Assembly (NCBI GenBank): GCA_051047955.1
Contig: JBPGPT010000038.1
Span: forward strand, 62,001-123,893
Length of the DNA stretch: 61,893 nt
Source of the DNA: Cystobasidiomycetes sp. EMM_F5
Lineage: Eukaryota
Direction of reading: 5' to 3'
In this document: one piece after another, positions 12,234-24,909 of the stretch
How positions within the stretch are numbered: position 1 is the first letter of the stretch
Layout: each line of letters begins with the position of its first letter
Program-made: the position numbers and the translations under genes
The notes under the pieces: generated by a model
Database searches by the model: none
Told to the model about the DNA's origin: nothing
What the model saw: the letters and a program-made list of their open reading frames with translations, nothing else

Positions 12234-14676
12234 CTACAGGAGTTGACCAGCGATACCAGCAGTCTGGCAGGTGCAGAGGAACCCGACCACGAGCGCAGAA
12301 AACGCGACTTTGACAATGGTGGCTTTTCGGGCAGGTCCCAGTGCTGATAGCACACCGATTTGAATACCAAGCGATCCGAGGTTTCCGAAGCCACATACTA
12401 AGCAAAGAGAGAAACCACGTTAGTCTTTCGTTGGAGGCATTTTTGTATCTCTTCGAATACATACCAGAGTAGACACTGAGTTATCCAAGAGTTATAGGCA
12501 GAGTCAGCTGACAGTCCTGCACTTTAAACTACCGCAGCAAGCTTACGCAATGTTGAATCCACGAGTTGTCATCGTAGACTTGACAGTCGACAGCTCCAAA
12601 TATGCAACAAACTCATTCTGGGTGAATTTGATGCCCAGAATACGAGACACCGTGAGCAAATCTTCCTTGGGTACTCCCATGAGCCAACTGAGGGGGTAGA
12701 AGACATATCTGTGCGCAATGGCTGTCAGGGTCTTGGTCGCTGGTTCTCCTAGAAAATTGATGCTTACGAGAAGATAAGCTCCAATGAAAGCGGGCCGGAG
12801 TTGGTCGCCGTGATCCCCCAGGATCGGCCAATGTATGCCAGAATAGCGTCGACTACGTGCACCAAGGCGATGATTGTCAAGACATTGCACAGAATGAGAC
12901 CGGCAACGCGGAGACCAAACCACGCTCCGTTCGAAAAGGCGTGTAGAGCATTGTGCGCTTGGGCAGACTCTCGGACAACCACGATTTTGCCTCGAGTAAG
13001 CGGTTCTTCTGTTTCGGGATATCGTAGCTTCGATGCAGCAAGCGAGGCCGGAATCGACATGCTTTAGAATGCGGATTAGCACTCTATGGGATATACTCAG
13101 CCATGTCAGACTTACACAGCGGACGTGACCAAGAACACGGCTGGCATCTTGAAAGATCATACTCATTAGCATGGTAAGTGAAAAAATCTGGTTGGAAAGA
13201 ATGGCTTACTCCGAAGCCAATGTAAGCAGCGAGCACAGATCCGGCGATGGTAGCGAAGCCGGAAGTCATAGTCAGATGGATCTCGGACGCAGTCATGCTC
13301 TGAGGACGCGCACAGTCAGCATATGAAACGCAGGGACTCTGTCGAACCTCAAACTCACGTTGACGTATGGCTTGACCATGCATGCGGACTCTCCTTGGCC
13401 GATGAAAGGCGAAGCAGCTGCGACAACAGCTTCTGCGCCGGAAACGTTCATGGTCTTAAGGAAGAACCATCCGACTTTCGCAATGAGCCACTGCAGAACA
13501 CCAAGGTAGTACATCATCTCCTACAGGCGCAAGCGTGCAATCAAGCCATCGTCAGATAATCGTGCAGACACAAGTAATCCGACTCGATTTTCACAACTCA
13601 CTGCAAACGCGATGAAGAAAATGATGGCGCCGAGAGTATTGGCGAAGAACCAGAAGCCTGGATGACACAGAAAATCACAGTCAGTACTGTACTGTGAACG
13701 ATGTAAGCACGAAAGCGCACCCTTGAAGATAACATCATCGGAAAACAAAAAGGCCGAACCGTAGTACGATTGAGTCAGGAAATCTAGACATCGCCTTGAG
13801 TTAGCAAAATCCTAACGCCCTGTGTGCAAATTGCATACCGGAAGCCAATTGAGCGATCCAGTTGAAGATCGCAAATCCAGCACCACTCTTCAAGACGAAC
13901 ATGGCCAGGATCTGCTGGAACGCCAAGCCAACTATGACTGTCCTCCACTGAATAGCTTTGTGGTGAGCAGAGAAGATGTAGAAACCAAGCTGGAAGACAA
14001 AGAGCCCAAAGACACCTTGCGTTCGCTGTGCGTATGTCGTACCGGACTCGAGCTTGAAGCCATACGCTGAACCAAATACCAATCCTAGGAGGGCGAGCCA
14101 GCCAAGACCCAGGCGTACCCGAGAGTTAAGCTTCATCCATGGTGTCTCGATGGTCGAGACCCAAACTTGCTCGATTGGCCGTGAGAAAGTCGTAGTGGGC
14201 ACGTACTGGAAGAAGATGAGCCCAATGAAGAACCAGACGATGACAGTGACTGTATCATGAATGAATTGCGCATCAGCTAGGCAGCAAGAGAATGGGGAGT
14301 CTTGAAACGAACCTGGAATCCAAAAGTCTCTGTTAACGATAAGCGTTGGAATCCAGAAGCCAAGACCGAAGAGAACGAGAAAAGCGTTGATGAGGTGCTT
14401 TTTGTACGGGCGAATCGGATCTATAGCACGTCCGAATACGCCTTTGTCTGTGGGAGTATCCTCCGGAATATCTGCCTTTGCCAGCTCCACAACTTCCTTG
14501 CCATCGTGACTGTCGGAGTGAGCGGTGGAATCCTTCTTATAATCCTGCTCGCTGTAGAACGACGGGAGGACAGTGTCTTGGTTCACAGCAGGTCCAGTCT
14601 GATGTGGGCGAATGCCTTCAGCATGACCGCCTTCGACATCAAGCACGCCCGGTCTTGTAGAGGGGTTGGTCGACAT
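12234..14676 (-). CDS. concentrative nucleoside transporter (CNT/SLC28 family)
   Basis: Motifs [77 protein letters not shown] and [13 protein letters not shown]. The probable end is GIAGQLL*. Confidence 0.92.
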
Positions 14677-15277
14677 CTTTCCGCGTAAGAGAGAGGAGAG
14701 GGGAAGTCGCAGTGGCAAAAGATAGGAGGTCTTTTCCGCGATTGTTTAGCAAGGACACCAAGGGGAGCAGACGAGAAGCAAGTGCAAGTGCAACAAGCAA
14801 AGCGGGTGAGAAGCAACCCGTGCTCGAAACTCATCCGCAAAGCGCGTGACCCATTCTAGAGGTAGCCGGCGGATTCCGCCACACTTTTCTTCCCGAGCAT
14901 GCATGTGCTTCCAAAAAATCGCATGATAAGGCTGGGCGGTCCACGCAGCGATAACTATTTTATCGCAAAGCTCTGTACGCGGCTCAATCGTAAGCCGAGA
15001 GGTTAAAGCACGCACGCGAAACAAGCATTCATATATACGCGATAGACAAGCGATAAGTCGATAGACCCCGCAATAAGCAAATCAAGGCTTTCTCGCCAAG
15101 CATGTTCAGAACTCTCGGATATTTGGCAAGTATCGAGGTTGACGGGCATAGAAATCGCAACTCGTTCTTCTGCTCTCAAAAACAAAATTTTTCTTCATCC
15201 TGTACCTCGACCCTGCACATCCCTCTGAAAAATACGCGTTTTGAATCTTGTTACGAGCGGAATACATCGGCGCAATT

Positions 15278-17195
15278 CTACTGGCGATGCTCAATGTCGA
15301 CCTTGTCGTCATTGTACGTGCGTCCGTCCTCCAGCTCCGCCTTGATAGGACCGTGCTTGTTCGAGAAGTGCTCGTTGGAGGCACCGCCCGCATCGGCTTC
15401 TGTTGCGATCTTCGCCTCCTCAAATCTGGCTCCACGAACTTCCTTGCCAACACAGCAGCAGATGACCAAGCAGCCAATGACGATGCCCAGCAGGACTGCA
15501 GAAATCTTGCCATAGTCTGGCCGGACAACTCCGTTGACAACGGTTGTCCAGGAAAGACCTGCTTCCGCTTCAATTTGGGCTGACGCTGAAGATGCAGCAT
15601 TTCCCAGCTGATAGGCTAAACCCGTGAAAACTGCACGGAATGCCGGAGGACTGATTTCGGACAGGTAGATGGGAATGACGCCTGCCAACAGTTCAAACGT
15701 CAAACTTGGTCAAATGTGCGAATTGATCGTTAACCCACCCCAGGCTCCCTGGACTCCCGACTGAACGAAGAATGCTCCGGCAGCGAGCGCTCCGAAACTG
15801 CTTGGAAGGATCCAGAGCGGGATGAAGACTGCAGCCCATAAGCAGCAGGCGATGATAGTCAAACGCCGACCAAGGTATTGAGAGACATAACCAGATAGCA
15901 GGCCGCCGAAAATGGCACCGCAATTTCCGATAATCGTTGCGATCGTGGCATCGTGTGCAGTAAAGCCCTTGGCTTGTTGCATGTAGGTAGGGTACAAATC
16001 CTGACTGCCGTGACTCAAGAAATTCATGAAGCTGTCGGGGAGTAAGGCAGAAGTTAGCGAATATTGTTCTGGCTTTGTCGAGGTACGACGTACGACATAA
16101 GTACAACCGCAAAGATGCATCGGCCCCAATGCAGTCTCAGTGTCTGCTTTACGGAAGCGAAGAAAGCAGCGCCCGCTGCTTTAGCCGTCTCTCCACTTTC
16201 TTTTCTTGCTTGACGAGCGCGTAGGAAAACTGTTGACTCTGGAAGTAAAGCCCTCACGATGGCGGCAAGTCCAGTGAGGCCGGCGCCAATGTAGAACAGC
16301 ATCTGCCAGTTCCCACTTGTAGCAACTCCGAACAGATTGACAAGTGCAGCGATGAGGTATCCACAGGCATAACCTTGTTGAAGAATGCCTGACATTAAAC
16401 CTCTTGCCTCGGCGGGGATGTTCTCCATAGCATTCGCAGCTTAAATGCCAATGTCAGCTGTCATCAAAGGAAGGAGCAACAAGGAGCACTGACTGGCTAC
16501 ACCCCAAATTCCGCCCATAAAGATACCCTGTAATATGCCGGTCAACCGACGTTTAACATGGGGTTCCGAAACTCACGAATAAAGACCTAACGGCTAGGAA
16601 AGCAGCAAAGGTCTTGCAGTACGCAGTGCCGATTTGGAGGGCCACGATGCACAGGAGGTTAATTACCATTGGCCAACGTCTGCCATAACGATCCGACAGA
16701 AGGCCTAGCGTTAGAGCGCCGACCGACCGGAACAGAAGAGTCAACGTGATGGATGTGGTGATGGAATGCGTATTATCCGCGCTGCTACTACCGAAGAATG
16801 TAACAGACAGTGGAGCCACCGACAATGAAACTAGATTTGGAGACTCAGACGCTGTACTATACTGTTGCTAATGTCTTGACTTACCGCAGAAGAAGTCATA
16901 GCTGATCAAGGAGAAACAGACTTAGGTCAATATGCTTTCAGTTAAATAGGTTGATGTCAACGTACGCGTCCACTGTTCAAGTGATCAAAAGTCAAATCAT
17001 CAGTGAGATTTCCGAGGCATCCCATCAGATCCATGGCTCACTAGTCCAGGCGAACCAGCCCGCGAAGTATTGCGCCGAAGCAAGTGGACTCAGCATAGCA
17101 AACAGCTTGAATGGGTTGCGAGTAGCATTGCCGAGTTCAGCCTCTCGCTCGGCCTTGGTGGGTGGGCGCGGGAGGTTGTCGATGAATGCACCCAT
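15278..17195 (-). CDS. JEN1: MFS carboxylic acid transporter (Jen1/SHS family)
   Basis: Motifs GWFAWTMDAYDFF, TLLFRSVGA...LSDRYGRRWP, MENIPAEARGLMSGILQQGY, signature NFLSHGSQDLYPT, and GVIPIYLSEISPPAFRA..GLAYQLGN. Confidence 0.9.
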
Positions 17196-18041
17196 GCTGA
17201 GAGTGGCTTTAAGTGGTCAGTGACTTCTGGAGACTCGGCCGCAGACGGTTGTTGGGAAAGAGAGAGCTACGGCTGCCTGCTCAAAACATGATATGAGGAG
17301 CTGAAATGTAACGTCCCGGATACTTCCATTGCGCTAAATTGAGCTAGACCGAAATCCGGGGAAGCGTGATCGGGGATCTGTGCATGCGGGTAGCAATGCT
17401 AAAAATAGAGCGGGGTCTCCGCGGTTGTCCGATGAACAAGGCGCGTACAGCTGTGCGCGCAACAAATATTTGCGCGAGGACCCCGTAGTATGAGAAAGGA
17501 CGACAGAGTTTTAGAGGTGGACTTGTGCAGCGGCACACTATTCGATAAGCAGCTTGAATTCGCAGCTAGCTCAAGCCATGCTCATTCCAGTCTTCCAAGT
17601 CGTCGAGGCGTACAACTTGCAGCGATTTTGTGCAGACTTGAAATAGTGAAGGCAAACTGCGAAAACTTCCTACGTGCTAGATGAGATTGCGCTGTCAAGT
17701 CCGCCGATGCGGCTTTCACGGCCCTTCGCTGTGGATCATGATGACCGTGTCGTCAAGGCGGGGCTTCCGACACTTGCTTCTCCATAGACAGAATGGATAG
17801 GTGAGTTGATCCTCGTTTGACACATCGTGCGTGTCTCAAGTATATTCCGCTATGGCCTTGTGACGGCATTTGTTATATCTCGCGTATTGAGATTGCGGTA
17901 TGTAGCTAGGTTGGAACCTGGGTGTATACGGTCAAGAGAAGAGGGCAGCTGTGTCAGAGGGAATGTAGTTGCGCCAGCACATTCTGCGGACAAACAGGCC
18001 AGCAGGCTCTGTTCAACGCAATTTATTTTTAATTTGTTAAT

Positions 18042-18404
18042 CACGTTCTCCGCTTTTCACTCGGGTTAGATTGTGTTGCATTTCGCTGTTTGGTCGGTGC
18101 AGTGAGGAACAGAAACGACATACCATCCACCGCTGAATGGACTGACTGTGACGAGAGACGGATGCTGAACGTGCTGATGAAAGCCGTAACGGCGCGGCCT
18201 CACATAAATCAGCATATCAATACCATCCGCTGAATGATGACGCAAATGAAAGTGTAGCTATCACTGGCTGATCCAACGTTCTCTTTGTTGTCTTATATTA
18301 ACGCTGATTGCTGCCCATGCCGGCAATTTCTGGTGGGTCCCGTGAAAATTTTACCCCGTGCCTGGCCTCGTAACTAAAAATTACGTAGAAAGAAGCAACA
18401 CGTT
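18042..18404 (+). promoter_or_regulatory. three CACGTT/AACGTG E-boxes upstream of the phosphate transporter (candidate Pho4-type sites)
   Basis: CACGTT at 18042-18047 and 18399-18404, and AACGTG at 18168-18173, all within 470 bp of the ATG at 18512. Confidence 0.4.
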
Positions 18405-18511
18405 CGTGAGGAATCTAACAATAGTCACAGGATTGACGGCTTTGAAGACAACACGAGCACAGAGCCTTTCTTCTTCGCCCACATCCCCAATTGATCCTAA
18501 CCACCGTGAAC

Positions 18512-20600
18512 ATGGATGCTCATAAAGGCGGTCTGTCAGAGTACGAACAGTGAGTAAGATTTCGACATGGGATGGGAACAGAAGATTTAAAGTCGTTTCG
18601 ACTCCAGCGAAGCACGGTATGGCGGGCAACGTGCGTTTCCAAGGTGGCATGAAGCCAAGCTTCTTCTCGTCGCATCTACCGGCTTCTTCATTGATGCCTA
18701 CGATCTGTGAGCCGCTCGGTCCAGGACGCTGTCCCGGCCCATCTTAACGTGTTCACATTGACAGATTTGTCATCAATCTTATTGTGCCAATCTTAAACAT
18801 CCTGCTTTTCGGTGTCAAGTCCGGTTCCGTCAACCAAATCGCTTTGCAAGGCGGTGTCCTGAAAGCCGCTGCGAATTTGGGATGTATCGTTGGTCAAATT
18901 GGCTTCGGACTACTCGGTGACATTTTCGGGAGAAGAAGAGTATGGCCTGCCGGACTCATCGTTACCATTGTTGGGACGGTCCTCATGATTGCTGCCCCAT
19001 TGTCCATTGGACCAGTCGGAGTCTTCACCTGGATTACGGTTTTCCGTGTCATTATGGGCATTGGCATTGGTGAGTACGGCCAGCTCTGCTTTCTGAAGAC
19101 TTTTTGCTGAGCTTTTGGTTCCAACACGCTTTTAACAGGCGGAGACTACCCCATGAGCAGTTCTGCCATCTCCGACAGAAGCTCCACCAGTCGTCGTGGT
19201 ATGCTTCTAGCCTTTACTTTCAGTATGCAAGGATGGGGCAACATCGCTGGAGGAATTGTGACTCTTGTGGTTCTCTACGCCTACGAGAGCTCCATCAAGG
19301 CTGGAGAGGCTAGCAAGCTCAACGGCGTCTGGCGTATCATTGCCGGCGTCATCATTGTGCCCTGCATTGGAACCCTATATCAGCGCATTGTCCTACCGGA
19401 GTCCACCAAATACAAGAATGCTCGTGCGCTGCAAGAAAATCCCGACCTGCTCAAGAAGGGTCTCGTCGCATCCGATAATCTCAATGGCGAGAAGCGTCCT
19501 CAGCATTCCCCGCAATCGACAGTGGTAGACGCAGAGACTGGCCATGGGAAACTCGACAGCATTCCCATCTCTGGTGAGGCAGCCCAACACAGCGATAACG
19601 AAGCCTTGGGCGTACATGGCGTAACTGCGCAGCGTAAAGCTGCTCTCCGCGAGTTTGTCGAGTATTTCTCTGAATGGAGGCATGCCAAGCTGCTTTTCGG
19701 AACGGCTTCAACCTGGTTCCTGCTTGATATAGTGCGTCTTACCCAGTGTGCTCATTCATGCAGGCGTAAGCTAAACTATTGGTCGTGACAGGCCTTCTAC
19801 GGCATCAATCTCAACCAAAGTATCGTCCTGTCGTCCGTCGGCTTCAACGCGAACGATACTATCTGGAATTATCTGCACGACAACACTGTCGGCAACCTCA
19901 TCATTACCGCAGCAGGATACCTCCCTGGGTACTGGCTCACCATCGTTACCATCGAGTACATCGGGCGCAAACCGATTCAGCTTATTGGCTTTTTCATGAA
20001 TACCTTGATGTTCTGGATCGTTGCTGGTACATTCGACAGGCTCAAAGGCGAGCATGCTGCATTTGTTGTGTGCTTTGCCATCCTGCAGGTGAGTCATATC
20101 TCTATATAACGCTTGCTTTGTTCCCATTGCTTAGCTCTTTTTGCTGTCGATGTCCAGTTCTTCTTTAATTGTGAGTTAAACCCAATATTTCTTGTTTTTC
20201 TTTTAAAATTCTGATTTTTCTTGTTATATCAGTCGGAGGTAATGCAACCACGTTCATTGTTCCGTCCGAGGTGTTCCCAACACGAATTAGAGGCTTTGCG
20301 CACGGTTTCTCGGCTGCTTCGGGCAAGGTTGGGGCAGTAATTGCTTCCCTGGTCTTCAGCATCGCAAATACCAACATCGGCACAGCCAAGGTGCTATGGA
20401 TATTCGGAGCAATCAGCATTAGTAAGTTGTACCGCGTAAATGCCGCTTCTGGGGCCGTTTGCTGAATTTTCCCCGCTTTATCAGTGGGCGGCATTATTTC
20501 CATCTTCTGCCAAATTGAGACAAAGGGATACGATGCGGATGTGGTAGACGTGCAAGAGCTGCAGGAAAAGGCTGGGTACCGCGCCCGGATAGAAGCTTGA
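18512..20600 (+). CDS. PHO84: MFS inorganic phosphate:H+ symporter (Pho84-like)
   Basis: Motifs GFFIDAYDLF, GIGIGGDYPMSS, RRGMLLAFTFSMQGWG, WFLLDIAFYG (conserved Asp) and [39 protein letters not shown]. Spliced start is MDAHKGGLSEYEH|RFD. Confidence 0.9.
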
Positions 20601-20987
20601 GGTGGTTTTCGCGCTTTTTTTCCACCATGCAGGCAGACGGCCTTGCTAGACTGCATGTGCTGCCGCTGGAGGCCACGAAGCCCTAGATTTGCGTATTGTA
20701 CTGGTGTGAATTAGCACGCGCTCGATTGAAGGTAATTCTATGTGATCCTGCGGCTGGTCAGCGGACTGTTTCTCCGAAGTCTTTGAAGATAACTCTAGAG
20801 CATGTTTGCGGGCAATATCAGTACAGTTCACGGTTCAAAACACCTTCATCACGCTTATGATTCCTCCGTAACGATACCAGAACAACATCGTTACAACAGT
20901 CGAAGCTATATCCGCTTTCTTGCACAATAAAGACTAAGTCATGATCTCTGCAATAAAAGAGAAAAGGACAAATGATGCACAGCGATA

Positions 20988-22010
20988 CTATGTCATCTCC
21001 GTATCATTCGGAGGCTCCGGTGACCGAGTAGGACTGCGAGAGACGTAGCCACCCGGTGACGGTGACCGGGAACCCGAGCGTGTTCTTCGCGGACTGCCCT
21101 GCCGGGAAGTACTTGCCTTATCCCCTTCATCAGAGCCGGCTGATGGACTCCTACTGACGTATCTCCTTTGTTCTTCCTCATCCCCACTCAAGCTTGGACT
21201 CCTGCTCATATATCGTCCGCGACTGCCGCTGTCAGAGTCTTCATCCTCTGACAAGTCCACTCCCATTGCTTTCGCAAGCTTGCTTCGATGCCTTGATAAA
21301 CCCTCCGTTTCTTCCAAGACTCTTCTCGTCGTGACTCTGGGTAATTGCGTTTCACACACTCGTTCTTCCGTCAACAATTGGTCGACAAAGGTATCGATGG
21401 TTGTCAAGCTATACGATCCATCTATGTTGCAAACGTCGCAAAAAGATTAGTTCAAGCCTGCGTATTTCTAAGTTGACCATCTACTTGCCTAGAGATCTGT
21501 ATCGCAACTTTCTGAAATCATCGAGCATGGGTTCCAGCGTCTCGTAGATATCAATAGCATCAAACGTCAGGCGAATGTAGAATGCGGCCAGAGCACGGAG
21601 ATACCTGCACAGCTATCAGCTATTGTCAGGGTAGTATGTCATCAACAACGACGAACTTGAAGTCTTCAGCCCGAAGGTATTCGAGTATAATTTCTTTCTC
21701 CGGTTGCAACTGCAGCAGCTTCAGGACTAGACAGATGAACTCGCTTGGCTGATTATGCCCTCCGAATGTCCCGCCGACATAGTGAAGTTTGGCTGCTCGG
21801 TCAATAATGGTGACGGCCGTCAGGGCGAAGCAGTGTTCTTTCCAGTAGATGCTGTCCCAAATACGTTGTCGGATAACTTTTTCAATGAGAAACTGATGAA
21901 TTATGCAGACGTGCTCAACATCCTCCACGAGCTAAATCCAGCTGCACGAACAGACGCACTTGAGGATTCTTGCCGTGGATCGAGGCGGCGGACTGCGTTG
22001 TATTTGACAT
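20988..22010 (-). CDS. PRP38: pre-mRNA splicing factor Prp38
   Basis: SIHGKNPQ|FLIEKVIRQRIWDSIYWKEHCFALT...FICLVLKLLQLQPEKEI...FK|YLRALAAFYIRLT, with an RS-rich tail. Confidence 0.93.
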
Positions 22011-22173
22011 GAAGCAAGCGAGAGCTAGCAGCAGGCAGGAGTATTCAGTCTGATGCAAGACAGCGTGAGCTGCTAGCATTGTCATTGTCTTCGGCAATCC
22101 CCCACGATCGACGGGTCTCGCAATGCTCTGAGCCAATGCTACCCATCCGTTGCTGCACACCTCGCTGTATAAT

Positions 22174-23215
22174 ATGAATGCACTGTACACACATGCACTG
22201 AGGCAGACGCAGAGCATTACCCAAGATCTTGCAGTGCTCGAATCATCAGTCAGGGCTGCAACAAATGGCGGTTCAGACGCTTCGCCGTACGACTCGCGCT
22301 CTGCGTCTCCGGCGAGGAGTCTACAAGGGAATGGAGTAGACACCGCTGGTCTCAACGGCCAGATAGTCGCCAGCTTGGCAGCCTTACAGCGGACGGTCGA
22401 CGACTACGAAAGCATGGCACGGAAGGAGCTCGTCGAGGCCAACAAAGTCAAAGCAGCAACGTAAGGCGGTATTCTTACATGAGTACAAATGCGTACTCAT
22501 GAGAGCATTCGTGATGGTGGCAGACGTGTGGAGCGCGTCAAGAACGACTATAGTGGACTCAGAAAAAAGTATGAGCAGATCAAGCAGCAACAAGCGTCGC
22601 AGGTCTGAGCTACGCACTGAGTTCACCACAAATAGGCAGCAATGACTGACGTACCCTCCAACAACGCAGAAATTGTCATCCGAACGGGCAGCGTTGTTTT
22701 CGACCGGCGGGAATAGCGAAGTCAGCGGCAGCGGGATGCAGCAACGTCGAGTCCCACAGTCGCCCTCGCTTGGTAACAATGAGTCGCCGTTCTCATTACC
22801 TGCGCGTACATCGAGCACGCCAACATATTCGGGGCGAGGTGCTACAAGGCCTCTGTACGCCCCAAGAACGAATGCGGCGCTGGATGAACACTCTTTTATC
22901 AATGACACTGGGAGTCAGTTGGACTCGTTCATCGCTCAAGGGCAGGCAGTTCTAGGGAATTTGAGCGGACAGCGAGACATGCTGAAAGGCAAGCTGCCGG
23001 ATTTATAGATCATTGACGCCAATTAACGCATAAGATCGTATTTCATTCGTGTAGGGACGCAGCGCCGCCTTTTATCAGCCGCAAACACGCTCGGTCTATC
23101 ACGAAATACTATCAACTTCATCGAACGCAGGAGTCGCGGCGACATGATTGTCTTTCTAGCTGGGTCGGTCTTTACACTTATTTCGTTTGTCGTAATCATC
23201 CGCTACCTTGGTTAA
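22174..23215 (+). CDS. BOS1: Qb-SNARE Bos1/GOSR2 (membrin)
   Basis: MNALYTHALRQ...LQRTVDDYESMARKE, then LDEHSFINDTGSQLDSFIAQGQAVLGNLSGQRDMLKGTQRRLLSAANTLGLSRNTINFIERR and a C-terminal TM segment. Confidence 0.9.
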
Positions 23216-24909
23216 GGCAATGCAAGATTTGCACTTCTCCAATGACGAGCTTATATTCGCGGACGGTCGCGTCGGCACTGCTGGACAGGCGACTTCGACA
23301 GAGATCCCATTTACCGAACAGTCCAAAACTGTCGCGGCTCACGAACGCAGGCCCTGTCTACAGCTGCGGCCTACGGTCTCCAGTCTAAGACCCGCGTCCA
23401 CGCATTCATTTCGGACAGTAACACCTCCGACACATGGGTTGTCAATCGTATCTCAGTTGGACGTGGATTACTTCAATCAGCGCAGGTGAGGTAGTAGTAG
23501 GCATAGAGCAAGGGCAGCGTCATGCGGTTTCGGGTATTGTAGCAGCAGGCGTAAATTTCCTTGTACTATACCCTAGTAAGTATCTTCGACGAGGTGCCGC
23601 ATTGCTTAAGCCGAAGGTACGCCGAGCGTGCAGGAAGTCTCCGAGCTAATCCCCCGAAGTGCCCATCCGCTCTGAACTAGTTATTCCAGCACCGCAACTT
23701 GCGCCTGTTCTATGACTACCAAGTCTTCATCACCTGAATCTCTTCCTGCATACTGAGAGTCTACATGCTCACCCCTGCGCACAGGCACTGCGTCCTTTAC
23801 TCTTCGGGGCGGCCAACGCACGACCGGCCTGCTTCATAGTTACGCGCCCAAAGTCTAACGACAGGTGTCCATAGGCTGTCACGAGTGATCCCTCATACCC
23901 TTTCGCGGTCAGTGCACCCGAGTCTGTAAATTCGGCTCCGTCTCCAGCTGGTCAAACATTTTCCATGTGATTTCGTCTGCATTGACGGTGTGCGACGCTG
24001 TGGTCGTGCGAAGACACTGACGATGACGCGGCGGTAACGCATGCGGACCTGCGTGCTCACAGCGCAAAGCTGCCAGCAGACGTATGCAGATTTTACACTG
24101 AACTTTGTCCCACCAAGTTTTCGCTGGTCGCCCATCTGTCACGGTTCGTTTGCCCTGGACCGCAATCGAGTCTCGCTTTTTGCAGGCAGTGCCGTCCCGC
24201 AAGATAATACGAGAAGTCGCACACAGTCTAAGGAGGATGCGCATACAGGTTGGTCATCCGATACGCCATAACTCCGCGCGAACCCATCGGTAGCGCCTAC
24301 GATTTAAATCCGCACGCCGCCGGTTAAATGCGCATGCTAATGTCCGTCACACTAGCAGTGACTACGCATACGAAATACCGGGACAAACCGCTGCAGAAAC
24401 AGCGCAAAGTACTTTGGTTGAGCCATCAACGTTTGTTGCTTGCAAGAAAGCAGCAAGCAGCAAGCAGCGACTTTGTCCGCACCGAGTTCCGGTATCGTCA
24501 CGGAGGACACTTCGGATACCGCAACGAAGGCGCACTTACTCAGCAAACAAACGACAATAGGCGACAAGTTGTCCAACGCTCACCCACGAAAACAAACGCG
24601 TCCCCTTTCCCGGAGCCCTCTGGGAAATTTAGTGGCGTGCACATGCTTTGACCACAAGGTCGCATCATCAGGTACAGACGGGACTGATAACCACAAGGGA
24701 AAGTTGGGGCACGTTGACATCGTGACAGCTTGACAGTGACAGCGGTAGGTTGAGCTTCTGTCCGTCCAATTACACCGTTTTGACTCTGGACGATTTCGAT
24801 TTCTTCGAGCAGGCCTTTTGACTTTAGTCAACACGGGGAATCCGGCTACAAGTTAGCAAACCTGGAAAAATCCGCTCTTCAAACATACCTTAGGAGGTCA
24901 TCCAACCCA

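Noticed and set aside
18170..18275. CTGATGA followed by a GCCG-taa-CGGC hairpin (hammerhead-like), and TGATGA...CTGA (C/D snoRNA-like)
   Set aside because: No GAAA core follows the stem and no stems I/III are visible. The C and D boxes lack convincing spacing, a terminal stem or a recognisable guide.
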